A stretch of DNA of 64,000 bases from an uncultured Oscillospiraceae bacterium (GCA_964598315.1 CAZRBI010000002.1:25276-89275); one strand, 5' to 3'. Shown: positions 27,976 through 38,420, numbered from the stretch's first letter. Translations and numbers: made by a program. The notes: a model not told the origin generated them from the letters alone.

Positions 27976-28256
27976 CTTTAATCAGTTCTTACATTTGCAT
28001 TATATCATAAGAATTTTGGCAAATGCAATACTCGCTGTCAGTTTTTTAGAACAACAAATGCAAAACATTGAGACAACGGCCACTCTTTAAGGCCGCATGC
28101 AAAAAATATTCCACAATAAAATATCTTTCACGAACAAGAAATTGTGTTGCAATACGTTTCACAAGACGGTTGAACGCTTGACTTATTCTAACATTCATCC
28201 ACACCAATTAACAAAAAAAGCCCACGTCGTTTGACGTGGGCACGATTATTGAAAAA

Positions 28257-29210
28257 CTAGTCGTAAAGTTTGGAAACGGGCAAGTCGGTGTAGACACGTT
28301 CGATTGCTTCGGCAAACAACGATGCAATGGACACCACTTTTATTCTGTCGATAACCTTTTCTTGCGGCAGAGGAATTGTATCCAAAACGACAACTTGTTT
28401 CAAAACGCTATTTTGCAACCTTTCGATTGCCGGACCGGACAGAACTGCGTGTGTGCAACAAGCAACAACTTCCTTTGCACCGTTATCCATCAACGCTTTT
28501 GCGCCTTGGCAAATTGTGCCGGCAGTATCGATCATATCGTCGATCATAAGACAAGTTTTGCCTTTGACGTCGCCGATGATGTTCATGACCTCCATAACGT
28601 TGGCTTTGGGACGACGTTTATCGATGATTGCAAGAGGAGCATTAAATTTTGTTGCCAACGCACGAGAGCGAGAAACGCTTCCCATATCCGGGCTGACAAC
28701 GGTGAGGTCTTCCGGCAAACCCTTGGACGTGAAATGTCTTGCCAAAACAGGCATTCCCATAAGGTTATCAACCGGAATATTGAAAAAGCCTTGCAACTGA
28801 TTGCTGTGCAAATCCATTGTAAGAACACGGTTTGCACCTGCCGTTTGCAACAAATCGGCAACCAGTTTTGCAGAAATAGGGTCACGAGCGCGAGCCTTGC
28901 GATCCTGACGAGCATAACCGAAATAAGGAATTACCGCAGTGATTCTGCCGGCAGAAGCCCGCTTCAAAGCGTCCAAAATGATAAGCAAATCCATCAAGTT
29001 TTCGTTGACGGGGCTGCACGTCGATTGGATTACAAAAACGTCGCAACCACGCACCGTTTCTTTGATGGAAACGGACGATTCGCCGTCGGAAAAGCGTGTC
29101 ACTTCCAACTGTCCAAGTGGCAAATCCAGCTGATTGCAAATGTCTTGCGCAAGCTTTCTGCTTGCGTTACCTGCGAAAATTTTTATTGTGCCGTGTGTTT
29201 GATTAAGCAT
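28257..29210 (-). CDS. prs: ribose-phosphate diphosphokinase
   Basis: KIFAGNAS..LA..I, DLHS.QLQGFF, GKTCLMIDDMIDTAGT. Confidence 0.95.
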   Translation of the reverse strand: MLNQTHGTIKIFAGNASRKLAQDICNQLDLPLGQLEVTRFSDGESSVSIKETVRGCDVFVIQSTCSPVNENLMDLLIILDALKRASAGRITAVIPYFGYARQDRKARARDPISAKLVADLLQTAGANRVLTMDLHSNQLQGFFNIPVDNLMGMPVLARHFTSKGLPEDLTVVSPDMGSVSRSRALATKFNAPLAIIDKRRPKANVMEVMNIIGDVKGKTCLMIDDMIDTAGTICQGAKALMDNGAKEVVACCTHAVLSGPAIERLQNSVLKQVVVLDTIPLPQEKVIDRIKVVSIASLFAEAIERVYTDLPVSKLYD

Positions 29211-29695
29211 AAGTCCTCCGCTCCGCAAGTTCTGACTTCATTTTATAATTTACGACGAAAAGTGTCAAGCAAAACGTCAAACACCAAGAGCGAAATTTGC
29301 GGAATAATGTTCAACAAAACAAACAGAAAACAAAATCTACCTTACAAAACAACATTGTTCGGTTCTTTTCGATATGGTGAAAAGTCGTTTTGCGACAATG
29401 ACGCGCAACGAGATCGATGTGATTGTGCCGTTGTTCACCACGGCAAACAAACAATTGAGGCTTTACAACTTTGCACAAAATGTTATGTGGTTTTGAAAGC
29501 AAACGTTGCGCGTGTTACAATATGCTTTTCAACAGTCAATCAAAGTACCCAAAACGCAGAATTTTACACTCTGCTTTTGCCGTTTTGTCGAAAAAATGCA
29601 CATACGTGCTGCGTTTTTTGAGGCAATAACACTTTGATAAGTAAAAACGTCGACGACATTACAATGTCGCCGACTATCCGTTTTTTACGTCGATT

Positions 29696-30226
29696 TCAAT
29701 GGTTATTTTTCCAATTTTGAATGATTTCCAACAATTTGGATTTATAGTTCACTCCGCCTTGCGACGGCGTTCCCTCGACAAAACATAGCGGAGGATACAC
29801 AACACACCACCAATTGTTACCGCTGCCACTGCCTAGTTCTATTATCAGCGCATCGTAGACCCCGGCTTCCAGCGTGACGCCGTTGTAGGAACGATCGGGA
29901 AATTGTTCTTCGCAAAGTTTCACCGTAGCAACGTAGTTTTTGCCTTTCGACGACAACACCGAATCACACACGGTTTTGAGTGCGCCCAACTGATTGCGAA
30001 CAATTTGCATTGCCGCCGTTTTGGACGTTGCATTTGCCAAAAAGGGAGCAAGATATTCCACCACGGCACTTTTTACCGCATATTTTACGTTTTGATCTTC
30101 CGCAGAGTTGCTGTCCGCACGAATATGTATACGAAGAAAATCTGTTTTTGACGATTTGGTCGGTGAAACAGCCACAACAATAACCACAACCATCAACAAT
30201 ACAGCAACAACCACCGCTTTTTTCAT
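29696..30226 (-). CDS. spoIIR: stage II sporulation protein R
   Basis: LRIHIRADSNSAEDQNVK and WWCVVYPPLCF. Confidence 0.85.
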   Translation of the reverse strand: MKKAVVVAVLLMVVVIVVAVSPTKSSKTDFLRIHIRADSNSAEDQNVKYAVKSAVVEYLAPFLANATSKTAAMQIVRNQLGALKTVCDSVLSSKGKNYVATVKLCEEQFPDRSYNGVTLEAGVYDALIIELGSGSGNNWWCVVYPPLCFVEGTPSQGGVNYKSKLLEIIQNWKNNH

Positions 30227-30345
30227 TTTCCACCTCGACAACCGATTTGATACAAAAAGTTTTTACCCATTTTCCAAGCAAAAATCTCGATAGCACCATT
30301 TATATCAAGAGAAAATGATGTTTTGTGTCGAAAGGACAAAAAACT

Positions 30346-31176
30346 TTACTGTGGGTAGGTTCTACACAAAAAAGTTTTGAATCCGGCTTTTTTCAGCTTG
30401 CGCACTGCATCTTTTGCCTTGACTTTTTCTGCAAAAGGAACGAAAAATGCACTGCCGCTGCCCGTCATACAACATGACAACGATTCTTTTCGGCAGAAAG
30501 ACAAATATGACTCGGCAAAATTATCGTCGACAGTCGCCGCACGCTGCAATCCGTTGCAAAGCCCATCGAGTGCATCGTAATTGCCCAACTTCAGCGATGA
30601 CAACAATTGTTCGTTGTTGCATTGTGCACCTCCAACCTCGTCGAAACGTGCATAAATATCTTTTGCAAACAAAGGATGATCAAAGGTAGTCACGGCAAAG
30701 AAAATAGGCGCCGCCAAGTGCAAAAACTCCAAATCGTCGCCCTTGCCCGTCATGCGAGCAAACCCGCCGTGCAACAAAAAGTTGACGTCGCTACCCAGCA
30801 CGGCGCACAATTCGTGAACCTGCTCACTTTTGATATCCACGTCATAAATCTTGCACAGACAGCGCACCACCGATGCCGCGTCTGCAGACGAACCGCCCAT
30901 GCCTGCAGCGATCGGAATACGTTTTTTGATGCGGACGTTGCACCCGTGCGTGCCGAAGACGCGACAGAACTCGCGTGCGGCTTTATATGCAACGTTATCT
31001 TGCGGCCGAATGTTCCTACACTTGCCAACTTTAACTGCAAAATCGTTGCGTGGCGTGACCTCGACGACGTCACAACAATCCACCGACACGACCATGCTAT
31101 CGATTGAATGAAATTTGCCCGACGTCTTTTCGACGTTCAATGACAAATTTATTTTTGAAAAAGCAAAATCTTTCAT
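30346..31176 (-). CDS. ispE: 4-(cytidine 5-diphospho)-2-C-methyl-D-erythritol kinase
   Basis: KINLSLNV, PIAAGMGGSSADAAS (GHMP kinase motif). Confidence 0.9.
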   Translation of the reverse strand: MKDFAFSKINLSLNVEKTSGKFHSIDSMVVSVDCCDVVEVTPRNDFAVKVGKCRNIRPQDNVAYKAAREFCRVFGTHGCNVRIKKRIPIAAGMGGSSADAASVVRCLCKIYDVDIKSEQVHELCAVLGSDVNFLLHGGFARMTGKGDDLEFLHLAAPIFFAVTTFDHPLFAKDIYARFDEVGGAQCNNEQLLSSLKLGNYDALDGLCNGLQRAATVDDNFAESYLSFCRKESLSCCMTGSGSAFFVPFAEKVKAKDAVRKLKKAGFKTFLCRTYPQ

Positions 31177-31874
31177 AAACTGCTCCAGACGTTTAATTCA
31201 ACCCGACTTGTTTTACCTTTTAATACAAGAAGTTCGCACTTTGCTTGCAATGGGCGGGAACGCCACCTTTATACATACCTGAAGAACAAAAACGACAGTT
31301 TTGCAAATATTTTGCCGCATGACAAAATATTCACTTCTTATAGTATACATTATATCAAATCCGACAAAATTTTCAAGATATTTTATGCAATGTGCATTCT
31401 TCCGTTGAATCTTGGCACACATTCTCTTTTCTTTGGAATTTTCACTGCACTTGCGTGCCCGTTCGTTGCGACACGAACGGCACGATTTTGCGTATCGGTT
31501 ATAACAGTCTTTTCCGTTTTACACTATGCACTTTGTTTTTTTATAAAAAATACTGCCCAAAAGATATGCCCACAAAAAAATATCCAACTTTTGGGGTGCA
31601 CATCAAGATCGCAAACTTTTTAAGCGCATATTGTAAAACAAAATAACAATTGCACATTTGCACATACGTACAATTGCACATATACTGCACAATCATGTTT
31701 TCTTCGAAACAGATGCATCGACAAAATTACGTTTTCTTCAAAAGCAGGTGCTGCTTTCGTTACAATCGACTGACACTTTTGTTCATAGCACAAACCGGCA
31801 TATAAGCTTCCGAAAACATTTTCAAAACGCCGTTTGGGGGGGGGCGGCTTACGTTCCAATTTATTGTTTGCAGA

Positions 31875-31911
31875 CAAAAAAAGAAAGTTCCGAAAACAAT
31901 TTCGGAACTTT
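31875..31911 (-). terminator. rpsI terminator
   Basis: AAAGTTCCGAAA-loop-TTTCGGAACTTT followed by a T-run on the minus strand. Confidence 0.75.
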
Positions 31912-31935
31912 CCCATAATTTGCAAATATAACCTG

Positions 31936-32346
31936 TTATCTCTTGGAGAATTGAGGTGCTTTACGTGCTTTCTTCAAGCCGTACTTCTTTCTTTCCTTCA
32001 TACGAGGATCACGTGTGAGGAATCCGTTCTTCTTCAAGATAGCTTTGTCTTCGCCTGCAACAACCAATGCACGTGCAATACCGTGACGGATTGCGCCTGC
32101 TTGGCCCGTGTAACCACCGCCGCAAACGTTGACTGCAACGTCGTACTTGGTAGCTGTTTCGGTAGCGTTCAAAGGTTGACGAACGATGAACTTCAATGTG
32201 TCAAGTCCGAAATATTCGTCGATATCACGCTTGTTGATAGTGATTGTGCCGTTTCCACCGGGAATAAGTCTGACACGTGCAATAGATTTTTTTCTTCTGC
32301 CGGTTCCCCAAAATTGAACCTTTTTCGTTGCTTTTGCCTTAGCCAT
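31936..32346 (-). CDS. rpsI: 30S ribosomal protein S9
   Basis: [19 protein letters not shown], ends [12 protein letters not shown]. Confidence 0.97.
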   Translation of the reverse strand: MAKAKATKKVQFWGTGRRKKSIARVRLIPGGNGTITINKRDIDEYFGLDTLKFIVRQPLNATETATKYDVAVNVCGGGYTGQAGAIRHGIARALVVAGEDKAILKKNGFLTRDPRMKERKKYGLKKARKAPQFSKR

Positions 32347-32360
32347 TGTTCATTCCCTCC

Positions 32361-32795
32361 TTATTTAATCTCCAACACTTCGGGGTGTTGAGCTTCGTGT
32401 TTGTGTTCGGCACCTTTATAAACGCGAAGTTTTGTAAGCATTTGTCTGCCGAGGCTGTTTTTGGGAAGCATACCTTTCACTGCTTTCATCATAGCGAAAT
32501 CGCTTCTTTCAGCCATAAGTTTGCCGTACTTCACTTGTTTGAGATGTCCCGGACGAGGAGAACGGCGAACGTAATATTTATCGTTGAGTTTGTTGCCCGT
32601 CAAAACTGCTTTATCACAGTTGATAACGATGACGCAATCACCGGTGTCTACGTGCGGTGTGAACGTGGGTTTGTTCTTTCCGCGAAGGATGGAAGCAACT
32701 TGACTTGCAACGCGTCCCAAGGGATGTCCGGTAGCATCTACAACATACCATTTTCTTTCAACGGCTTCTTTTTTAGCCATGTAAGTTTTTACCAT
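32361..32795 (-). CDS. rplM: 50S ribosomal protein L13
   Basis: [33 protein letters not shown]. Confidence 0.97.
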   Translation of the reverse strand: MVKTYMAKKEAVERKWYVVDATGHPLGRVASQVASILRGKNKPTFTPHVDTGDCVIVINCDKAVLTGNKLNDKYYVRRSPRPGHLKQVKYGKLMAERSDFAMMKAVKGMLPKNSLGRQMLTKLRVYKGAEHKHEAQHPEVLEIK

Positions 32796-32917
32796 TTTAG
32801 TTTTCTCCTGATATTTAAGTTTGTTTGCTGCTCGCGGTTGAACAATTACTGCCAGTGGAACGCAGTTTAGACGTGACAGAGCTTAAAATACCACGCCGAA
32901 TTATTCACAGCCTTTCA

Positions 32918-32946
32918 ATTATACTAGTTGTGACATAAGTTGTCAA
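32918..32946 (-). promoter_or_regulatory. consensus sigma-A promoter of rplM-rpsI with a ~115-nt leader
   Basis: TTGACA-17 nt-TATAAT on the minus strand. Confidence 0.65.
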
Positions 32947-33059
32947 CTGATTGACGGGAAATTTTCATGCGCAAAAGCACAATTTTATTATAGTTTTGTA
33001 CGTAATTGTTGCGCTGCTTGCACTTACAAAAAGCACAAAGAAATACAGCTACACGAACT

Positions 33060-33413
33060 CTACTTCGATGAATTTTTGTCCACTATCGCATCTATCAAAC
33101 GTTCAACAAGCCAAAGAATTGCGGCAACGGGCAAAAGTGACAGCAACAACACCGCCACAACGGATATTTCCAGCGAAAGTTCAAAAATGCGTTTGAAATC
33201 GTGCTCTTTGACGGATGCGTAGATAAGCACGGCAACATAAGCAATCAAAAATGCCGCAAAACACACCGCGAAAACCGACCACAGAGGAAAATTCCAAACA
33301 GTGGCGTCGTTTGCGCAAAAGCACAACGCCAAAATGCCAAACACAAGTGTTCCGAGAAAGAACACGCAAGCCAAAATAAGACTTTTATCTGTTTTTTGAT
33401 ACTTTTTCGTCAT
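33060..33413 (-). CDS. small polytopic membrane protein
   Basis: 3-4 hydrophobic helices. Overlaps the truA stop by 4 nt. Confidence 0.5.
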   Translation of the reverse strand: MTKKYQKTDKSLILACVFFLGTLVFGILALCFCANDATVWNFPLWSVFAVCFAAFLIAYVAVLIYASVKEHDFKRIFELSLEISVVAVLLLSLLPVAAILWLVERLIDAIVDKNSSK

Positions 33414-34153
33414 TGTTTTTCTCCATAATACACCTTTTCCAACGTCAAACCTTTTGACGGCAAAGTTTTGAACGTAAGTCTTTTGCCTTCCAACATATTT
33501 GCCACGTCGTCCGGGCTGAACTTACCCTTTCCCACTTCCACCAACAAACCGCACATTATGCGAATTTGATTGTACAAAAAAGCGTTGCCGTTCACCCAAA
33601 ATGAGATTCTTTCTTCGTTTTCTTCCACGTTGAAGAAATTGATTGTGCGTACCGTGCCTTTCAAATTGCTGCCCTGCTTTTGAAAAGCGCGAAAATCGTG
33701 CGTTCCTACCAACATTTCTGCCGCTTTTTTCATCAAAGGGACATCAAGAGGCTTGTAGACTTGCACGTGATTGCCGTCAAGTGTGGGTTTTCGAACCGGA
33801 GAAACGTAAATTCGATAACAATACGTTTTGGAAACGGCCGAAAAGCGCGCGTCGAATTGATCGGATACGACTTCTGCATGCGTCACTGCAACAGATTGAG
33901 GCAAACGCATATTCACGCCCAAACACAATTTGAAAGTGTTGACGGCTTTGTCGATATCGAAATGCACCGTCTGCCCCACCGCATGAACACCCACGTCCGT
34001 TCTGCCCGCCGCATGAACACGGACAAACGGCAAATCAAAATAGTCGCCCAACGATTTTTCCAAAACGTCTTGTACAGAAACGCCGTTTGTTTGGCTTTGC
34101 CAACCGCAAAAATCCGTCCCGACATATTCAACTGTCAATTTGATTCTAGCCAT
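33410..34153 (-). CDS. truA: tRNA pseudouridine(38-40) synthase
   Basis: AGRTDVGVHAVGQ catalytic motif and conserved synteny with ecf/rplM. Confidence 0.93.
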   Translation of the reverse strand: MARIKLTVEYVGTDFCGWQSQTNGVSVQDVLEKSLGDYFDLPFVRVHAAGRTDVGVHAVGQTVHFDIDKAVNTFKLCLGVNMRLPQSVAVTHAEVVSDQFDARFSAVSKTYCYRIYVSPVRKPTLDGNHVQVYKPLDVPLMKKAAEMLVGTHDFRAFQKQGSNLKGTVRTINFFNVEENEERISFWVNGNAFLYNQIRIMCGLLVEVGKGKFSPDDVANMLEGKRLTFKTLPSKGLTLEKVYYGEKQ

Positions 34154-34162
34154 TGTTCACCG

Positions 34163-35038
34163 TTAATTACCAAAATACAACCACTTCATCACTTCGCCCC
34201 AAGTTCCGGCCAACGAAGGCCAACTTTCCCGCATTGCATACAACACGAAAATTGCCGCAAAGAACAAAATAACGACAAACGTACCCACAAAATCGCGCCA
34301 AGTGAGTTTCATAACTCGCATTTGAGTGCGATTTTTTGCACCCTCGTAGCAACGGCTGTTCATGGCATTTGCAAGTTCGTCTGCACGACGAAAACCGCCG
34401 ATTAGCAACGGAACGAGAATGGGCACAAACGCCTTTGCACGCTTGATGATATTGCCTGTGTCGAAGTTGGCTCCGCGTGCCTTTTGCGCGCGAATGATTC
34501 TGTCTGTTTCTTCAATCAAACTGGGAATAAACGACAATGCCAAACTCATGATAAGTGCCAATTCGTGCACCGGAAATTTCAACATGCGCAAAGGTTTCAG
34601 CAGGCTTTCCACTGCGTGAGTCAAATCAACCGGGGTTGTTGTCAGTGTAAGCAAGCTTGTGCCCATCACCAAATAGGACAACCTGAGCATCATTTTTGCT
34701 GCAAATATCAGCCCTTCGGCATAGATTTCTATCACCCACCATTGCACGAGCAAAGTGTCACCCTTGACGAACAACACGTTCAAAACAGCCGTAAGCAACA
34801 ACAAAACCAAGATGCCCTTGACGGATTTCAAAATGGAGCCCAGTGGCACTTTTGAAAAACCTATTGCCAAAACAAGAAACAGCGTCATCCACACAAAACC
34901 GGCAAAACTGATGACGAAAAATATGCCGACCATGAACAGAATGCACAACAAAAGTTTGATACGTGCATCCATTTTGTGAACAAAAGAATCTGCAAGATAG
35001 TACTGACCGAAAGTGACGTCACGAAGCATGTTTGTCAC
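34163..35038 (-). CDS. ecfT: ECF transporter transmembrane component
   Basis: Polytopic, with the ARGA..D motif region (IRAQKARGANFD). Synteny with ecfA genes. Confidence 0.88.
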   Translation of the reverse strand: MTNMLRDVTFGQYYLADSFVHKMDARIKLLLCILFMVGIFFVISFAGFVWMTLFLVLAIGFSKVPLGSILKSVKGILVLLLLTAVLNVLFVKGDTLLVQWWVIEIYAEGLIFAAKMMLRLSYLVMGTSLLTLTTTPVDLTHAVESLLKPLRMLKFPVHELALIMSLALSFIPSLIEETDRIIRAQKARGANFDTGNIIKRAKAFVPILVPLLIGGFRRADELANAMNSRCYEGAKNRTQMRVMKLTWRDFVGTFVVILFFAAIFVLYAMRESWPSLAGTWGEVMKWLYFGN

Positions 35039-35885
35039 CTCCGAAAAGTTCTTTCAGTGCGCAAAACACATCGTCCACCGTTCGACAGCTATCCGACAAC
35101 ACAACGCCTTTTGATTCCAAAACATTCAAAACGCTTGCCATTTCCGGAACGGCCAAATTCATTTCCAAAATTTCCTTTTCCATTTTGAACAATCGACGCG
35201 TTGGCATATCGTAGGCAATTTTTCCGTTTTCGAAAACTATCACCCTGTCGGCATTTTCGAAAACCTCGTTCATGTCGTGCGAAACCATTATCACTGTTAC
35301 TCCGCGCTCGCGGTTCAACGAATGAACTATCTGCAAAATTTCGCTTTTTCCTCGAGGATCCAGCCCTGCGGTAGGTTCGTCCAAAACCAAAACTTTGGGG
35401 TTCATTGCCAAAACACCGGCAAAAGCAACACGGCGCTTTTCTCCGCCGGAAAGATCGAACGGAGACTTTTGGCCCACTTCCGCCGCATCCAAACCGACAA
35501 GTTCCAAGGCTTCTCGTGCCAATTTTTCGCAAGTTTCCTTGTCGCAACCAAAATTTTTAGGACCGAAACACACGTCTTCCAGTACAGAATCGGCGAACAA
35601 TTGATATTCTGGATACTGAAAAACCATTCCGACATCTCTGCGCAACGACTTCAAATCAGGTTTTTTTGCGGCAAGATCGTGACCGCAAACGGTCAAACTG
35701 CCCTGTTGAACACGCAACAATGCATTCAGATGTTGCAAAAAAGTGGATTTTCCGCTGCCGGTGTGACCGACAATTGCCACAAACTCGCCGTCTTCGATAG
35801 TTAAGGAAACATTGTTCACAGCAATGCGCTCGTAGGGAGATTTTTTGTTGTAGGTGAAAGTTAGATCTTTTGCAACAATTGACAT
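35019..35885 (-). CDS. ecfA2: ECF transporter ATPase (second)
   Basis: Walker A GHTGSGKST, signature LSGGEKRR. Confidence 0.9.
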   Translation of the reverse strand: MSIVAKDLTFTYNKKSPYERIAVNNVSLTIEDGEFVAIVGHTGSGKSTFLQHLNALLRVQQGSLTVCGHDLAAKKPDLKSLRRDVGMVFQYPEYQLFADSVLEDVCFGPKNFGCDKETCEKLAREALELVGLDAAEVGQKSPFDLSGGEKRRVAFAGVLAMNPKVLVLDEPTAGLDPRGKSEILQIVHSLNRERGVTVIMVSHDMNEVFENADRVIVFENGKIAYDMPTRRLFKMEKEILEMNLAVPEMASVLNVLESKGVVLSDSCRTVDDVFCALKELFGGDKHAS

Positions 35886-36769
35886 AACCTACCTCCCAAC
35901 TCTTTTGCATCGGCCGTGTTTGCATCCACGTCGACACCGATTTCATGCAATTTTTGTGCAAGCGTTACCGTGCGCGGCGGTTGAAGCCCCACTTGTTGCA
36001 ACAATTCTCTGTTAGCAAAAATTTCAAGAGGGGTGCCGGTTGCCACTATGCGGCCTTTGTTCAACACTATCACTTCGTCGCAATCCAAAACTTCTTCCAT
36101 AAAGTGCGTGATAAGCATCACCGTCATTCCGTCGGCATTAAGTTTGTGCGCAACTTCCAACACTTCCTTGCGTCCTTGCGGATCCAGCATGGCCGTCGAT
36201 TCGTCCAACACCAAAACTTGCGGGCGAATTGCCAATGCCCCCGCAATGGCTATACGTTGTTTTTGTCCGCCGGACAACTTGTGCGGGGAATTCTTTGCAA
36301 AATCTTGCATGCCCACCGCTTCCAACGCCGAATACACACGTTCAACTATTTCCGGTTGAGGAACGCCCAGGTTTTCCGGACCGAAAGCCACGTCTTCTTC
36401 CACAATGCTGGCAACCATTTGATTGTCCGGATTTTGAAACACCATGCCGACATTTTTGCGAATTTCAAAAAGATTTTCTTCGTTGGCAGTGCTCATTCCA
36501 AACGCTTTTACTTCGCCTTGCGTGGGAACCAACAAACCGTTGGTGAGTTTTGCAAGGGTGGATTTTCCGCAGCCGTTGTGCCCCACGAGTGCGACAAAAG
36601 AGCCTCGTTTGACAGACAACGTGACGTTTTCCACTCCTACCGAACTTTGCACGGTGCCTTCATCGGAATAAACTTTGTAGTAGAAACTGACGTTGTCGAA
36701 TTCCACAACGTTTTCCGGCAACTGCAATTGTTCGATTGCGTTTTGTTTTTCATCAGCCATATCATTCAC
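35861..36769 (-). CDS. ecfA1: ECF transporter ATPase (first)
   Basis: Walker A GHNGCGKST, signature LSGGQKQR. Confidence 0.9.
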   Translation of the reverse strand: MNDMADEKQNAIEQLQLPENVVEFDNVSFYYKVYSDEGTVQSSVGVENVTLSVKRGSFVALVGHNGCGKSTLAKLTNGLLVPTQGEVKAFGMSTANEENLFEIRKNVGMVFQNPDNQMVASIVEEDVAFGPENLGVPQPEIVERVYSALEAVGMQDFAKNSPHKLSGGQKQRIAIAGALAIRPQVLVLDESTAMLDPQGRKEVLEVAHKLNADGMTVMLITHFMEEVLDCDEVIVLNKGRIVATGTPLEIFANRELLQQVGLQPPRTVTLAQKLHEIGVDVDANTADAKELGGRLCQLLQKI

Positions 36770-37127
36770 CTTTCTTTGTGCTCAATTATACAATTTTTAT
36801 CGTCGTTTGGCAAATAAATAACGACACAATGAAATGCAACAAGGCAATTTCCAAAAGGTTCGCAACCATTATGCCGCCGAACCAGGAAAAGCAACATGTC
36901 GCAAAAGAATATGCAACACGGCTCAAGCATTTTTTTGTTTGACAATTTTTTTGGGACACACGTACAATTTGACGGCGCGGCAAAGAACGTCTGCAACGCA
37001 GAAAACGACCATTGCAACGCAGAATGCACCCTGCCGCGTTCGATGAAAAATTCACGTACCGGTGTTTTTCCAAAATATTTTTGTATCATCTTGCAACGTT
37101 TTGATACTCAAGTGTAACAAAAATTAA

Positions 37128-37162
37128 AACCCGTTGAGCTGAACTCAACAGGTTTTTTGCTT
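37128..37162. terminator. hairpin terminator downstream of the lipoprotein gene
   Basis: AACCTGTTGAG-loop-CTCAACGGGTT flanked by A and T runs. Confidence 0.6.
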
Positions 37163-37183
37163 ATTGTTTTTGATAAATACAAT

Positions 37184-38029
37184 CTAGCTGTTTGTAAAGC
37201 CAAAGTCTTTGAGAGACAAGTTTTTGTCAATGTCACACAGGACAATATCTATACTTGTTAAAAGCAACTTTGTTTGTGAGGTCCACAATTTTTTTACACT
37301 ATCTTTTAGTGATGATGCAAATCCGGGCTGATACGAAAAGTTATATATGTACACATTATCACTGCTAGCCGTCGATTTCAAAATATATCCCGACCCCTCG
37401 TCGGTGTATCCCATCGAAGACTCAAGCTCCATACCAAGTTTTTGCTTATCGCTAGCGGAATCGTAGAACATACCGACATAAGAATCCATACTATCACTCG
37501 TAGTTAACAACATAAAAACAATGTCATCACCATTGGAGTCACAGCTGATGCTCAAATATATCCCGGTGCTTATTGTGACAATGTATGCATATCGACTGTT
37601 GCTGTATGCACCGTTTTTCTTCACATAGTTAGTCAGAATTTTTACCGGATTGAGAATTGATTTGCACATTGTGCAGTAGCCGTCACTACCCTCGATACAA
37701 TCTATTTGAGGAATAACGGTTTGATTAACTCGTACATATCCACAATCCTTGCAATAGCTTCCTTCTGTGAGTCCTGTCGACTGGCACGTTGCTCCTTTGC
37801 CGCTTTTAATAACAAAATTGTGCTGTTTTTGGGGAATAACTTGTTGCTCTGTCAGAACTTCTCCACAATCTGCGCAATGCGAGCCTTGCGTCAATCCCGT
37901 TTGCGTGCACGTGGCAGGTACTGCTTTATCCGTGATTACGCTACTGTGATGACAACTGCAAGCTGCAAGCTGAAACGTGGCTACAACGCACAAAACTATT
38001 GTTAACACTATTGCTAAACGTCTTTTCAT
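37184..38029 (-). CDS. Cys-repeat lipoprotein, paralogous module to 24750-26173
   Basis: Lipobox LAACS. PATCTQTGLTQGSHCADCG and GATCQSTGLTEGSYCKDCG repeats. ATG follows AAGGAG. Confidence 0.7.
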   Translation of the reverse strand: MKRRLAIVLTIVLCVVATFQLAACSCHHSSVITDKAVPATCTQTGLTQGSHCADCGEVLTEQQVIPQKQHNFVIKSGKGATCQSTGLTEGSYCKDCGYVRVNQTVIPQIDCIEGSDGYCTMCKSILNPVKILTNYVKKNGAYSNSRYAYIVTISTGIYLSISCDSNGDDIVFMLLTTSDSMDSYVGMFYDSASDKQKLGMELESSMGYTDEGSGYILKSTASSDNVYIYNFSYQPGFASSLKDSVKKLWTSQTKLLLTSIDIVLCDIDKNLSLKDFGFTNS

Positions 38030-38057
38030 TGGTGTTCTCCTTAAAAATGTAGATTTA

Positions 38058-38097
38058 TGTAACAAATTGTTACATTTCCATTGTAACATTTTGTTAC
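38058..38097. promoter_or_regulatory. two tandem palindromic operators in a divergent promoter region
   Basis: TGTAACA-AAT-TGTTACA (38058-38074) and TGTAACA-TTT-TGTTAC (38082-38097), centres 24 bp apart. Confidence 0.55.
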
Positions 38098-38136
38098 GAT
38101 ATTGTCAATACTAAAAAATAGTTTTGGGTTAAAAAG

Positions 38137-38340
38137 TTGAAAGGATTGATTGAAATAAGAAAAAAGAAAGGATACAGCCAATTAAAAGTCGCTCTGGACC
38201 TTTCCATAAGCAGAGAATCTCTGTCGTATTACGAAAACGACAAACGAAGTCCGGATATCGAAATGTTGTGCAAAATGTCGGAATATTTCAATGTGTCGAT
38301 CGACTACTTAATAACCGGAAAAGAATTTGAAAAACGCTAA
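38137..38340 (+). CDS. XRE-family HTH transcriptional regulator
   Basis: IRKKKGYSQLKVALDLSISRESLSYYENDKRSPDIEMLCKMSEYFNVSIDYL; TTG start. Confidence 0.8.
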   Translation: MKGLIEIRKKKGYSQLKVALDLSISRESLSYYENDKRSPDIEMLCKMSEYFNVSIDYLITGKEFEKR

Positions 38341-38390
38341 AATGTTTTCAAATCGAAGCATCAACAAGAATTTTTTGCGCTTTCTACATT

Positions 38391-38420
38391 ACACAACGTT
38401 ATTTGCAACGTTGTGTTTTC
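38391..38420 (+). terminator. terminator of the XRE gene
   Basis: ACACAACGTT-ATTTGC-AACGTTGTGT followed by TTTTC. Confidence 0.65.

Noticed and set aside
29211-29695. A possible riboswitch in the 485-nt region upstream of prs
   Set aside because: I found no terminator/antiterminator pair or conserved motif. The only hairpin is a weak one that probably terminates spoIIR.
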